A DNA stretch of 64,000 nucleotides from Escherichia phage vB_EcoM_G17: sequence record MK327931.1. One strand, 5' to 3'. Both the position numbers and the translations under genes were made by a program. Within the stretch, counting starts at the first letter, position 1, and each line of letters starts with the position of its first letter. This document shows, piece after piece, positions 52,332 through 60,821 of the stretch. Under the pieces are notes generated by a model. It was given only the letters and a program-made list of their open reading frames with translations. It searched no databases and had not been told where the DNA came from.

Positions 52332-53444
52332 TTAGAACATTTGTTTGATTGCTTCGTAACGAAGTTCACAAACAAAATCACGAATTTCTGACGTTTCAAG
52401 TTCACCATCTTTGACCATTTGCTGAATATCAGGCAATTCAACATCAGTATAACGATCATAAACTTTAATAATTAGATCTTCAAGTTCTAAATCAATTTCT
52501 TTTCGCAAAATGAAGTATTCCAAAACTTTATAAAGGAATTCTTCACCTCCGTTATTTTTAATATTCATATCCAATAAAATATTACCCATTTCAATAGGGG
52601 TCTTTTTACGGAATGTTTTGATATCATCACGGAAACGTTTGATATAATTACTAAATTTAACATACTTAACTGGAACTTTAATAGCACCGTTAAGTACTGA
52701 ATCATTATTTACTTCTTCATTTTCAAGAAGAATAGACCACAGAAAATATGGTTTATATACATCAGTACAGTTATCTGAAATATAATCAATAAGGTCTAAA
52801 TTCTTTTTGGTCAAAGATGTATTAAACACCTTTTCGTAATAACCAAATTTACTTAGCGTCTTAAGGAACTTTGAAGGCTTTTCTTCAGAAAATGATTTTT
52901 CGAATTCCACAAAAACACGGTCAGGAACAAGATGATTTAGCTCACCACTATTGACCATTCCAATAGCGAGTTCCTCAGTGCTTTCATGGATAGTAAAGTC
53001 TGAATAACGAGTAGCAAATCGAGCAAGACGTAACACGCGTAATGGATCTTCTTTAAAATGGTCAGAAACATGACGTAGTATCTTGTTCTTGATATCAGCT
53101 TTACCACCGTATGGATCGATGTGAATTTGTAGTACTGGATCATACGCAATTGCATTAATTGTAAGGTCACGGCGATACAAATCTTGTTCTAGTGTTACGC
53201 CTTTTGTATCCACTTCAAAGCCACCATATCCAGTACCAGTTTTACGCTCAGTACGGGCTAATGCGTGTTCATTACCTTCTGGACTTAGATATACTGGGAA
53301 ATCCTTACCTACTTGCTTATAGCCAATACTTTGCAAGTACTTAAGATCAGATTCGGATGCACCAACAATGACATAATCTTTGTCTTTTGCACGGATGCCC
53401 ATTAAACGGTCACGGACGTAACCGCCAACCAAATACTTTTTCAT
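52332..53444 (-). CDS. cca: tRNA nucleotidyltransferase (CCA-adding enzyme), head domain only
   Basis: N-terminus MKKYLVGGYVRDRLMG-AKDKDYV matches the class II GGxVRD...D.D head; RRDLTINAIAYD motif; 370 aa, no HD domain apparent. Confidence 0.8.
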   Translation of the reverse strand: MKKYLVGGYVRDRLMGIRAKDKDYVIVGASESDLKYLQSIGYKQVGKDFPVYLSPEGNEHALARTERKTGTGYGGFEVDTKGVTLEQDLYRRDLTINAIAYDPVLQIHIDPYGGKADIKNKILRHVSDHFKEDPLRVLRLARFATRYSDFTIHESTEELAIGMVNSGELNHLVPDRVFVEFEKSFSEEKPSKFLKTLSKFGYYEKVFNTSLTKKNLDLIDYISDNCTDVYKPYFLWSILLENEEVNNDSVLNGAIKVPVKYVKFSNYIKRFRDDIKTFRKKTPIEMGNILLDMNIKNNGGEEFLYKVLEYFILRKEIDLELEDLIIKVYDRYTDVELPDIQQMVKDGELETSEIRDFVCELRYEAIKQMF

Positions 53445-53579
53445 GTTATTCCCCCATCAACCAATCACGTAGACGTTCCCAGAAGCCTTTTGGTTGGTAT
53501 TCTGGGTATTCATATTCATCTGTGCCTTGCTCGGAAACACCCCAATCTTCTTCTAACATAGCAATCATAATGCCTCCAA

Positions 53580-54002
53580 TTAAATTAATCTATCACGTAG
53601 ACGGTCGTAATATTTTTTGTGTATAGCTAGTATACACTGATATGCAGAATAGTCAATACCAAATGTATCATCAATGAACATGTACTGATCAAGTGTTTCC
53701 GGTCCATTATCATCAACTGGTAATGTCCCTTCTTTTTTTGATAGTGTGTGCCACATCAACTCACTTTCAATATGGTGAGTTGCGTATGTCAATTCTATCT
53801 TACTTTTTCGTAGTAAAATTAACAATTCATCATTGTCGTCGAGTGCATTACGAAATTTAATACGAACTGTACCCTGGAAATTATTAGTGTACATAACACG
53901 ATGATGATTGTATGAAATCAAACCACGTCTTTCAGTACTGATTTCGTGTTCAGCAAAGTACTTTAACGTTTCATTAAATTTTGGAATTTTAGTAACGTCC
54001 AA
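53580..54002 (-). CDS. Hypothetical protein (140 aa), tandem paralog A
   Basis: Shares Y.FI.DTFGID...YQ.I...H..Y motif with the adjacent gene. Confidence 0.55.
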   Translation of the reverse strand: MDVTKIPKFNETLKYFAEHEISTERRGLISYNHHRVMYTNNFQGTVRIKFRNALDDNDELLILLRKSKIELTYATHHIESELMWHTLSKKEGTLPVDDNGPETLDQYMFIDDTFGIDYSAYQCILAIHKKYYDRLRDRLI

Positions 54003-54405
54003 TCACATAATCCTCATAAAGTTCGTATACCCTCATTATACTCTGATATGTATCAAAGTCAATACCAAAGGTATCCTCAATGAACTGATATTGCAAAAAC
54101 TCTTCCTCTGTAGCAGCAATAGGAAGAGTCCCGTTTCGTTGTTCTGTGGATTGAACATCCTCAATATACATCAACACTATACCTTCATCCAGATTTATAT
54201 CTATCATAAAAACATCTTCACTATAAAATATGTTATATGTACGGATGAAGAGATTTCCTGTTCTATCATAACTTGACACGTGTGTTTCATAATACATTTT
54301 ATCTAAACTAAAGAACAAACCTGTACTATCTGGCTTTTTAGTATTTTTTAATTTAATTTCGATAGCATCAATAATAGGTTTAATATCAAACTTTTTCATA
54401 GACAA
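53989..54405 (-). CDS. Hypothetical protein (138 aa), tandem paralog B
   Basis: YQFIEDTFGIDFDTYQSIMRVYELYEDY versus YMFIDDTFGIDYSAYQCILAIHKKYYDR; 14-nt overlap with paralog A. Confidence 0.55.
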   Translation of the reverse strand: MSMKKFDIKPIIDAIEIKLKNTKKPDSTGLFFSLDKMYYETHVSSYDRTGNLFIRTYNIFYSEDVFMIDINLDEGIVLMYIEDVQSTEQRNGTLPIAATEEEFLQYQFIEDTFGIDFDTYQSIMRVYELYEDYVIGRY

Positions 54406-54581
54406 ATCTCATATCGATTAGTGTTTGGATCATAGCAATAATTATCATTAACTTTAACACCAGGTTTAAGTGTTATTGTTGTTCCTACTTCAGTACTGGG
54501 TTCTGCATCACAATAAATCATCACACCAACCCCGACTAGTAAGGATATGATACATATAACTATACATATTGTATATTCCAT
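54396..54581 (-). CDS. Small membrane protein (61 aa)
   Basis: One hydrophobic segment ICIVICIISLLVGVGVMIY. Confidence 0.4.
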   Translation of the reverse strand: MEYTICIVICIISLLVGVGVMIYCDAEPSTEVGTTITLKPGVKVNDNYCYDPNTNRYEICL

Positions 54582-54594
54582 ACATTTATCTCCA

Positions 54595-54990
54595 TTATAA
54601 AAAGCAATTATACAGTTTATTGTACAATATAAAAAGGTCTTTCACATTATCATAAGTAATATCAGATACATCATGAATTAATGATAACTGAAAAAATGAA
54701 GCTTCGTCTATTTCTGCTGGAATTATAACATCACCATCTTCTTCGTCCATTTTATTGGTGTAGTATTTTATGTGATCTACATTCAACTCAATAGAGAACG
54801 CAATGTTGGTTTTTGTATAATCTTCAATTAATCCAATATATTGAGATTTTTCATTAATAAAAAATCCAATCCCAACACAACGGTTATCTGGATATGGATA
54901 GTACCATCTATTAATAACTAGGTGTTCAGGTAAGTCCATATCATGTGTTGATATTAGAGATTTTACAATTTCCATCCAGGAATAATTCAT
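54595..54990 (-). CDS. Hypothetical protein (131 aa)
   Basis: ORF. Confidence 0.5.
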   Translation of the reverse strand: MNYSWMEIVKSLISTHDMDLPEHLVINRWYYPYPDNRCVGIGFFINEKSQYIGLIEDYTKTNIAFSIELNVDHIKYYTNKMDEEDGDVIIPAEIDEASFFQLSLIHDVSDITYDNVKDLFILYNKLYNCFL

Positions 54991-55043
54991 AATTAAAACT
55001 CCATAAGAAAAGGGACAGAATTAATCTGTCCCTTTAGTATATA

Positions 55044-55376
55044 TTACTCTTCGTTTTCTGTCAAATCATCAAGAACTGGGTGTTCTGGATGGTTTCGGCG
55101 GTGTAATTTAATGCTTTTGTCTTTACTGAATACAGTTTCCATCTTATCAAAAGATTCAACAATTGCTTTATACAAATCAGCATCATCAGCAGTTACTGAT
55201 TTACTACCAGCAGTTAAAGTTACAGCATATTGAGTTTTATGCTCTTTCTTAACATGAACACCAATGTCTAGTACTGAAGAAGTACGGTACTTATCCAGAC
55301 TTTTTGCTTCATTGTAAATAGCATCTTGGATTGCTGGAGTGATATCAACGTTGCCTTGGATATTTAGATTTAGCAT
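55044..55376 (-). CDS. hpf: Ribosome hibernation promoting factor / RaiA (YfiA) family protein
   Basis: Co-linear with E. coli HPF by eye: MLNLNIQGNVDITPAIQDAI...LDKY versus MQLNITGNNVEITEALREFV...LEQY, then V.VK.E.....A.L...G......A...D.Y.AI....DK and C-terminal K..H; AGGAAGG SD. Confidence 0.7.
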   Translation of the reverse strand: MLNLNIQGNVDITPAIQDAIYNEAKSLDKYRTSSVLDIGVHVKKEHKTQYAVTLTAGSKSVTADDADLYKAIVESFDKMETVFSKDKSIKLHRRNHPEHPVLDDLTENEE

Positions 55377-55393
55377 ACTTCACCTTCCTTTTT

Positions 55394-56353
55394 TTAGAGT
55401 GAACTTAACAACAAATCTGCTCGGTTTGTAACTTGACGATACCATAAGGAATTCATAATTTCTTTTTTAAATTTCTTAGGGTTATCATTTTTCACACTTT
55501 TCCAAAGTTTATTAAACGTTGCTAATTTATCAACACCCATTGTATAGGACATTTCATAAAGAATACGTTGTTGTTCTTTGGTCAGATTTACTGCTTCTTT
55601 TTTCTGCATCAATAATAAAAAGTCATTATATGTTCTTTTCATATCTTGCATTAAAAGTTTATTGGCTTGAGCTTTGGTAATACCGTTTCTGTACTTAATC
55701 GCATCAGATTCTTTTCTACCCAAATAATGCCCATAACCTATTGTATAATTACCTTTCATGTCCTTGTAGGGATGAAATTTAGAATTGTGGAAAGGAACTC
55801 CGACTTTCCCACCAAGTAAACGGCGTTTGTTCTTGGACTGAAATTCAATTGAACCTTCAGCTTCTTTGATGTGATTGACAATTTCTGGATCATTATAATC
55901 AAACAGTACAGTCACATCTGGTAACAATACGTTCTTCAAATCCTCTTTTGTTGGGATAAAGATACCCTGAGAAGTATGAAGAGTAGCATTTAAATTGATA
56001 TTTTTCAACAAAATAACATACTCTTCAAGTTGTACATTTTTAGGTTTAAACTTTTTAGCAATAGAATAATAACTATCACCAGGTTGAACCGTATAATGCT
56101 TCTCGCCGCGTGGAACATCCTTTGATATTTCTACCTTTGGTAATTCCTGCTTTTGAATTTGCGTAACTTGTGGTTTTAAATTGTGTACCTGACTTTCGTC
56201 CGATGATGATACACGATCATTTTGAGAAAAACCATAAAATCCAATCGCAGCGACAAGTACTGTGCAAACTAGAACACCATAAGTAGTCTTAGTTTTCAGT
56301 GCTTTTTTCGCTTGTTTCAAAACGCCTCCTTTGTTGATTGTTAAGATGGGCAA
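55394..56353 (-). CDS. Membrane-anchored LysM-domain lysozyme (GH24-like); probable TTG start at 56320
   Basis: N-terminal hydrophobic segment VLVCTVLVAAIGFYGF; LysM-like HYTVQPGDSYYSIAKKF; C-terminal YKDMKGNYTIGYGHYLG resembling T4 lysozyme E..Y.D..G..TIG.GH; no ATG near the 5' end, but AAGGAGG sits 4 nt before TTG at 56320. Confidence 0.6.
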   Translation of the reverse strand: MPILTINKGGVLKQAKKALKTKTTYGVLVCTVLVAAIGFYGFSQNDRVSSSDESQVHNLKPQVTQIQKQELPKVEISKDVPRGEKHYTVQPGDSYYSIAKKFKPKNVQLEEYVILLKNINLNATLHTSQGIFIPTKEDLKNVLLPDVTVLFDYNDPEIVNHIKEAEGSIEFQSKNKRRLLGGKVGVPFHNSKFHPYKDMKGNYTIGYGHYLGRKESDAIKYRNGITKAQANKLLMQDMKRTYNDFLLLMQKKEAVNLTKEQQRILYEMSYTMGVDKLATFNKLWKSVKNDNPKKFKKEIMNSLWYRQVTNRADLLLSSL

Positions 56354-56488
56354 TCACAAAGATGGCAAAGAGGCCATTTGTAAAAGCCTCATCGGACTTT
56401 CTACAGTACAAAAACGTTCTTTTCAAATGTTTAAGTAGTATAGCATATTTTTATTTTATTACAAGACATATTTACTGTAAAAACCACA

Positions 56489-56899
56489 TTAATCGTAGTA
56501 GGTTCTACCTACAGTGATGTGATATTTAAAGTACTTGGTTGGTAGTCCTAGTTCATTTCTAATATGTGTGATGAAATCATCTTCAAATTCAATGATAAAG
56601 AATGAACCTGGATTCTTTTTATCTTTTACTATCTCAATACAAGGATTGAACTTTATCTTTACTTTCATTCCATCGTACTTTTTCCAGTACTCTGGATTTG
56701 GTGGCACTTCACCACGAACGATACTGACATGTGCTCCCCATTGTGGGTCTTTAATATCAATATGTAAGTCAGTTCTGATGAAGTACTGGTAGTATCGAAC
56801 CAACTGTAATGGAAGTTGTAGTACTAACCAGAAGTCCTTCTTCTTTTTCATAGTGCCACGTTCTGGATCATACACCAGAGTTCCTTCCATTTCAATCAT
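56489..56899 (-). CDS. 2H-phosphoesterase-like protein candidate (LigT/Acb1-like)
   Basis: Two H-x-[ST]-x motifs (AHVSIV, YHITVG) about 60 residues apart in a 136-aa protein. Confidence 0.4.
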   Translation of the reverse strand: MIEMEGTLVYDPERGTMKKKKDFWLVLQLPLQLVRYYQYFIRTDLHIDIKDPQWGAHVSIVRGEVPPNPEYWKKYDGMKVKIKFNPCIEIVKDKKNPGSFFIIEFEDDFITHIRNELGLPTKYFKYHITVGRTYYD

Positions 56900-56906
56900 A
56901 TGTTAC

Positions 56907-57125
56907 CTATAAAATTACATATATGTTTTTATTTTCAATACGAACATATGTTTCCAAAACATCTTTCGGAATTTTATTACTTGTTTTGAACCATGTAGTA
57001 TTCTCTACTAAAACAAAAGTTTCACCTTCAGTTTCACCAAATGTACTTAGTGCATAAATGAAGTAATTGGGTGATGCACTACAATATATATCAGCATTAA
57101 TTTCAATCATACTTTTACACCACAA
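56907..57125 (-). CDS. Hypothetical protein (72 aa)
   Basis: ORF. Confidence 0.4.
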   Translation of the reverse strand: MWCKSMIEINADIYCSASPNYFIYALSTFGETEGETFVLVENTTWFKTSNKIPKDVLETYVRIENKNIYVIL

Positions 57126-57257
57126 TAAAACTTAATACAACAAGTGTAATAAACACACCCACAATAGCAGTCATTTCTGGGTTTGCATCATATGTATAGC
57201 GTATACATTTTAGAAAATCTTTACCAAATTTCTTTAGTCCATTCATATATTTTCCTT

Positions 57258-57614
57258 TTATTTCTTGTGTAAAGGTTCATCACTTTCATAATAAATTGTA
57301 TCATTATTTCGCTCTATAGTAAAGCTCTTTTGACACAACTCTTCAGCTAAACCCTTTGCATAGTTTAATACATCTCGGTTGAGATATACTTCTTCTTTTG
57401 GAAAGCGTGGGTACTGAATAATACGAGCACACATCCCACTTTCAAGACCGCCAGTGTAGATATATTCACAGGGAATTAATTGTACACAAAAGCCATGCTT
57501 AAACGCAAATTTTCTTGTGTACTCTCTTGCTGTTTGAATATCACCAGCAATATGGATATTCCAGTACTGTGTCTCCACTGTACCTTTATCGATGTATTTC
57601 ATACTCATCTCCAA
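57258..57614 (-). CDS. Hypothetical protein (118 aa)
   Basis: ORF. Confidence 0.5.
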   Translation of the reverse strand: MEMSMKYIDKGTVETQYWNIHIAGDIQTAREYTRKFAFKHGFCVQLIPCEYIYTGGLESGMCARIIQYPRFPKEEVYLNRDVLNYAKGLAEELCQKSFTIERNNDTIYYESDEPLHKK

Positions 57615-57631
57615 TTATAGCACTAAAAATC

Positions 57632-58021
57632 TCACTTTCCCAACTCTTCTATGATTCTTTTTATTGAATCATGGTTTTCCAGACATAAAGTACTGAAATT
57701 TCTACCTGTTTTTTCATTTAGTTCGCTGATTTCAAGCATAAGATATCCATATGTAATATCTTGAACCCTACTTCGTTTTACCCTTGAGTACAGCTTGATT
57801 GGTACTGATACACGAGTATTCAAAAAGAATTCTGGCAAATCATAACGATATACCAGGTATTCATTCTTGTAACGTTTACGACTGTACGATTCGAAACACT
57901 GCGGATAACGTCTATCAAACATACTACTTCTTAGTTGAAGTATGATTGGATCTAACTTATGTGAGTAATATTTTTTGATTATTTTATCAAATCTTTTTAC
58001 ATGTCGTTTACGCCATCTCAT
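57632..58021 (-). CDS. Basic hypothetical protein (129 aa)
   Basis: ORF; K/R-rich. Confidence 0.5.
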   Translation of the reverse strand: MRWRKRHVKRFDKIIKKYYSHKLDPIILQLRSSMFDRRYPQCFESYSRKRYKNEYLVYRYDLPEFFLNTRVSVPIKLYSRVKRSRVQDITYGYLMLEISELNEKTGRNFSTLCLENHDSIKRIIEELGK

Positions 58022-58515
58022 GTTCTAACTCCTTTCAATAATACAATAGGAAAATACTGTGTATCTGTATCAGAAATACTATTACAGTACTCAATAATTT
58101 CTTGATGGAGTGTGTTTATATAAATGCTAGGATATGGAATTGGTGTTTGTATTAGTCCAGAACTATAAACACAATCAGTTCTTTGACAATCAATATAGTG
58201 TGTTGTTGGTATATCTTTACCACGTTCCTCAACTACAATTGAGTACGAGTCAGCAATAAAAATGAACGCATTGTTAATTGATACATATTGTAGGGAATAC
58301 ACATCATCATGAACTTCAATCAAAGGACCATCAAAATTCATCAATACCGAACGACGATATCCTAACACATCACTCATTGCATCGAACTGTTCTTGTGATG
58401 AAAGATAACAAAAACACGTATCACGACATACGTCAATAAAACGCTTAAATGTTTCTGTTTCTATAAGCATATAATTTTCCTTAAAAAAGACCCCACATAG
58501 TGAGGTCAAATACAT
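58018..58515 (-). CDS. Hypothetical protein (165 aa)
   Basis: ORF overlapping the downstream gene by 4 nt. Confidence 0.5.
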   Translation of the reverse strand: MYLTSLCGVFFKENYMLIETETFKRFIDVCRDTCFCYLSSQEQFDAMSDVLGYRRSVLMNFDGPLIEVHDDVYSLQYVSINNAFIFIADSYSIVVEERGKDIPTTHYIDCQRTDCVYSSGLIQTPIPYPSIYINTLHQEIIEYCNSISDTDTQYFPIVLLKGVRT

Positions 58516-58740
58516 TTAATCGTTATCATCATCCAATGCGTCACGGTAAACATAATAAACATGTGCACCTAGCAGAGCAATAAGTACAATAAAGATTAAC
58601 CAGAATGGTACAAAATGCAGTACTAGTGAAAACGCCAGTACTGTAATAACCATTACAACTGAACTGAAAATAAGACTTACTGCTTTTTCAAATCCAGATA
58701 GTAATTTTTTAAAGATTTTTTTCATAAATGAATCAACCAT
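58516..58740 (-). CDS. Small two-helix membrane protein (74 aa), holin-like topology
   Basis: Two hydrophobic segments (VVMVITVLAFSLVL and FWLIFIVLIALLGA) with charged C-terminus DALDDDND. Confidence 0.4.
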   Translation of the reverse strand: MVDSFMKKIFKKLLSGFEKAVSLIFSSVVMVITVLAFSLVLHFVPFWLIFIVLIALLGAHVYYVYRDALDDDND

Positions 58741-59083
58741 TTTTAATCCTCAAGAAAGTATGCTTACATTTTAGTTTATTACCATAGAATGAAATAGGAA
58801 CATTAAACATTTCAATCTTATCTTCTTTCAACAAACGTAGAATATCAGGATCGTTTTTTGTTTGAATGCAATGAAGACCATTAACCTGAATTTCTAAACC
58901 TTTCTTTAGATATTCATAAATTTTTTGACGACGCATCCCACCATAACTATCATTATGTACCACATCACGTAATTCTTTATATTCTTGCTTCAATGCTCGG
59001 TCTACAAGTGTTCCATCTTTCTTCCTGATCTCTGCAATACATTTATATTGATTTGAACCTCTAAGAGCCATGTTGTACCTCAT
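58733..59083 (-). CDS. Hypothetical protein (116 aa)
   Basis: ORF. Confidence 0.5.
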   Translation of the reverse strand: MRYNMALRGSNQYKCIAEIRKKDGTLVDRALKQEYKELRDVVHNDSYGGMRRQKIYEYLKKGLEIQVNGLHCIQTKNDPDILRLLKEDKIEMFNVPISFYGNKLKCKHTFLRIKNG

Positions 59084-59540
59084 TAGGGTATTTTTTCATC
59101 AATTCGTGTAAACGCTGAATCTCTTGTTCTTTTTTTCTATCACTCTCGTATTTTCGAGAAAGTTTCTTTTTTGTATTTGCTTCTTCTAATCTAATATCAG
59201 TACAGAATTTGTCATTTTTAAAAAAATTGATACGCAATGCATCGAAAACAGACTTGAAATCGTTTCCTAATTCTTTAGATGTGTCAGTATGATTATGAAA
59301 ATACATATTATTTGTCATATTTACATGTTCAATTACTGCACCATTGTGCGTTACGATAAACATTATATCTCCATACTGTTCACGTGGTTCTGTACGATAC
59401 AGATATATATGTTGACGTAAATAATCTTTTAATTCATGTTCAATGCCACTTTGTTCATAACTTTGATATACTAAAACCTCACCATCAGTTGAACTGTTGT
59501 CAGATTCATATGGTTCGCGGATAATTATAAGATTATACAT
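59061..59540 (-). CDS. Hypothetical protein (159 aa)
   Basis: ORF. Confidence 0.5.
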   Translation of the reverse strand: MYNLIIIREPYESDNSSTDGEVLVYQSYEQSGIEHELKDYLRQHIYLYRTEPREQYGDIMFIVTHNGAVIEHVNMTNNMYFHNHTDTSKELGNDFKSVFDALRINFFKNDKFCTDIRLEEANTKKKLSRKYESDRKKEQEIQRLHELMKKYPNEVQHGS

Positions 59541-59548
59541 ATTACTCC

Positions 59549-59830
59549 TTATACCGGAGATACGGTACTCAACATTAGTAAAGCTGTATTTTCATCAATT
59601 TCATGATAGTTGTCGCATACAAGTGTTTCCAACAAATCAGGATGATAATAATAATGTTCATAATCAGTATCATTAGGAATATGATGATATACAAATACAA
59701 TATCAAAAACATCATCATCATTTTCACACTTGAAACGCTTTAATTCATCGACACTTTCAACAAAGCCATATTCTTCAAAAGCAGTTGTACCATCTGGTAG
59801 TTTCATCCATGCACTTGCAACAATTTTCAT
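59549..59830 (-). CDS. Hypothetical protein (93 aa)
   Basis: ORF. Confidence 0.45.
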   Translation of the reverse strand: MKIVASAWMKLPDGTTAFEEYGFVESVDELKRFKCENDDDVFDIVFVYHHIPNDTDYEHYYYHPDLLETLVCDNYHEIDENTALLMLSTVSPV

Positions 59831-59847
59831 AAATTTGTGAATCCTTA

Positions 59848-60432
59848 TTATTTTGTAATGTTTAGTTTAGAAACGAAGTATTCTTTGGCTTCTTCATATG
59901 TCATTGAAGTATACATAGGATTCCATTTATCGTCAATATCGATAAGTACTTTAACTTCCATTACATCTTCTGGTGTATAGAATTGCCATGTATTGTGATC
60001 TGGCTCATAGTTAGGGTCCAGTACAAAAACCGTACCATCCTGACCATAAACTTCTCCATCCTCTAATAGCTCACGGAAGAAATCTTCTCCAGTAGTTGGG
60101 TCTTCGTATGCATTATAAAAACGAAAAACAACATTCTCAACATCTGTTCGGGTAGTACCATCGTCTTCATCATATTCCACCAAACGGTCCTGATGAAATA
60201 CTAGGTCAATTGCACCAATGCGAGGTTTATTATGTGGAGTTTTGATTTCTTGCTGGGAATTGTAATCAATACGTTCAGTACTGATGAATACTCCACTAGG
60301 GGTAATTTCAATACCAGACACATTTTCTGGTGAATAGTAAGCGTCACACATGTCATCAATGTGCATGTGCTCATGATACACTTCCATTTCAGGATTCTGC
60401 AACAACAGTGCTGCTAAGTCTTTTGCTTTCAA
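59848..60432 (-). CDS. Hypothetical protein (194 aa), paralog of 61168-61815
   Basis: N-terminus MKAKDLAALLLQNPEMEVYH...TPSGVF versus MKSHELAKLLLSQPNLEIYH...TPSGIF; C-terminal Y.EA motif shared. Confidence 0.55.
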   Translation of the reverse strand: MKAKDLAALLLQNPEMEVYHEHMHIDDMCDAYYSPENVSGIEITPSGVFISTERIDYNSQQEIKTPHNKPRIGAIDLVFHQDRLVEYDEDDGTTRTDVENVVFRFYNAYEDPTTGEDFFRELLEDGEVYGQDGTVFVLDPNYEPDHNTWQFYTPEDVMEVKVLIDIDDKWNPMYTSMTYEEAKEYFVSKLNITK

Positions 60433-60821
60433 TCTACAATCTCCATAGAATTATCATCATCATAATCATCACTGGTGTACTTAGTTTTTACCTCAATACC
60501 ATTCTCATGTAGGTATGTGATAAAACCATTACCATAAACGAATTGATTATAATATGTATTTTCTTCTACATGTGCATCATAATCATCTTCATAATATGTG
60601 GGTATTGTAACATCATGACCTACACTTTGCAAGTACTGGAACAATTCTTTCAGTACTACTTCGATATCACCTTCTTCTGTGCCATAACAATATGCAGGTT
60701 CACCGTGAGTGAATTTGAAACCTTTACAGGAAACTGTATAAATGTCACTCATTTGTATACCACAATCATCACATTCATGTATAGAACAATGCTGGTGGAA
60801 TTTAATCTTTTTGATTTGCAT
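60429..60821 (-). CDS. Cys/His-rich small protein (130 aa), possible zinc-binding
   Basis: HQHCSIHECDDCG and C..C pairs in the N-terminal 45 residues. Confidence 0.45.
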   Translation of the reverse strand: MQIKKIKFHQHCSIHECDDCGIQMSDIYTVSCKGFKFTHGEPAYCYGTEEGDIEVVLKELFQYLQSVGHDVTIPTYYEDDYDAHVEENTYYNQFVYGNGFITYLHENGIEVKTKYTSDDYDDDNSMEIVD

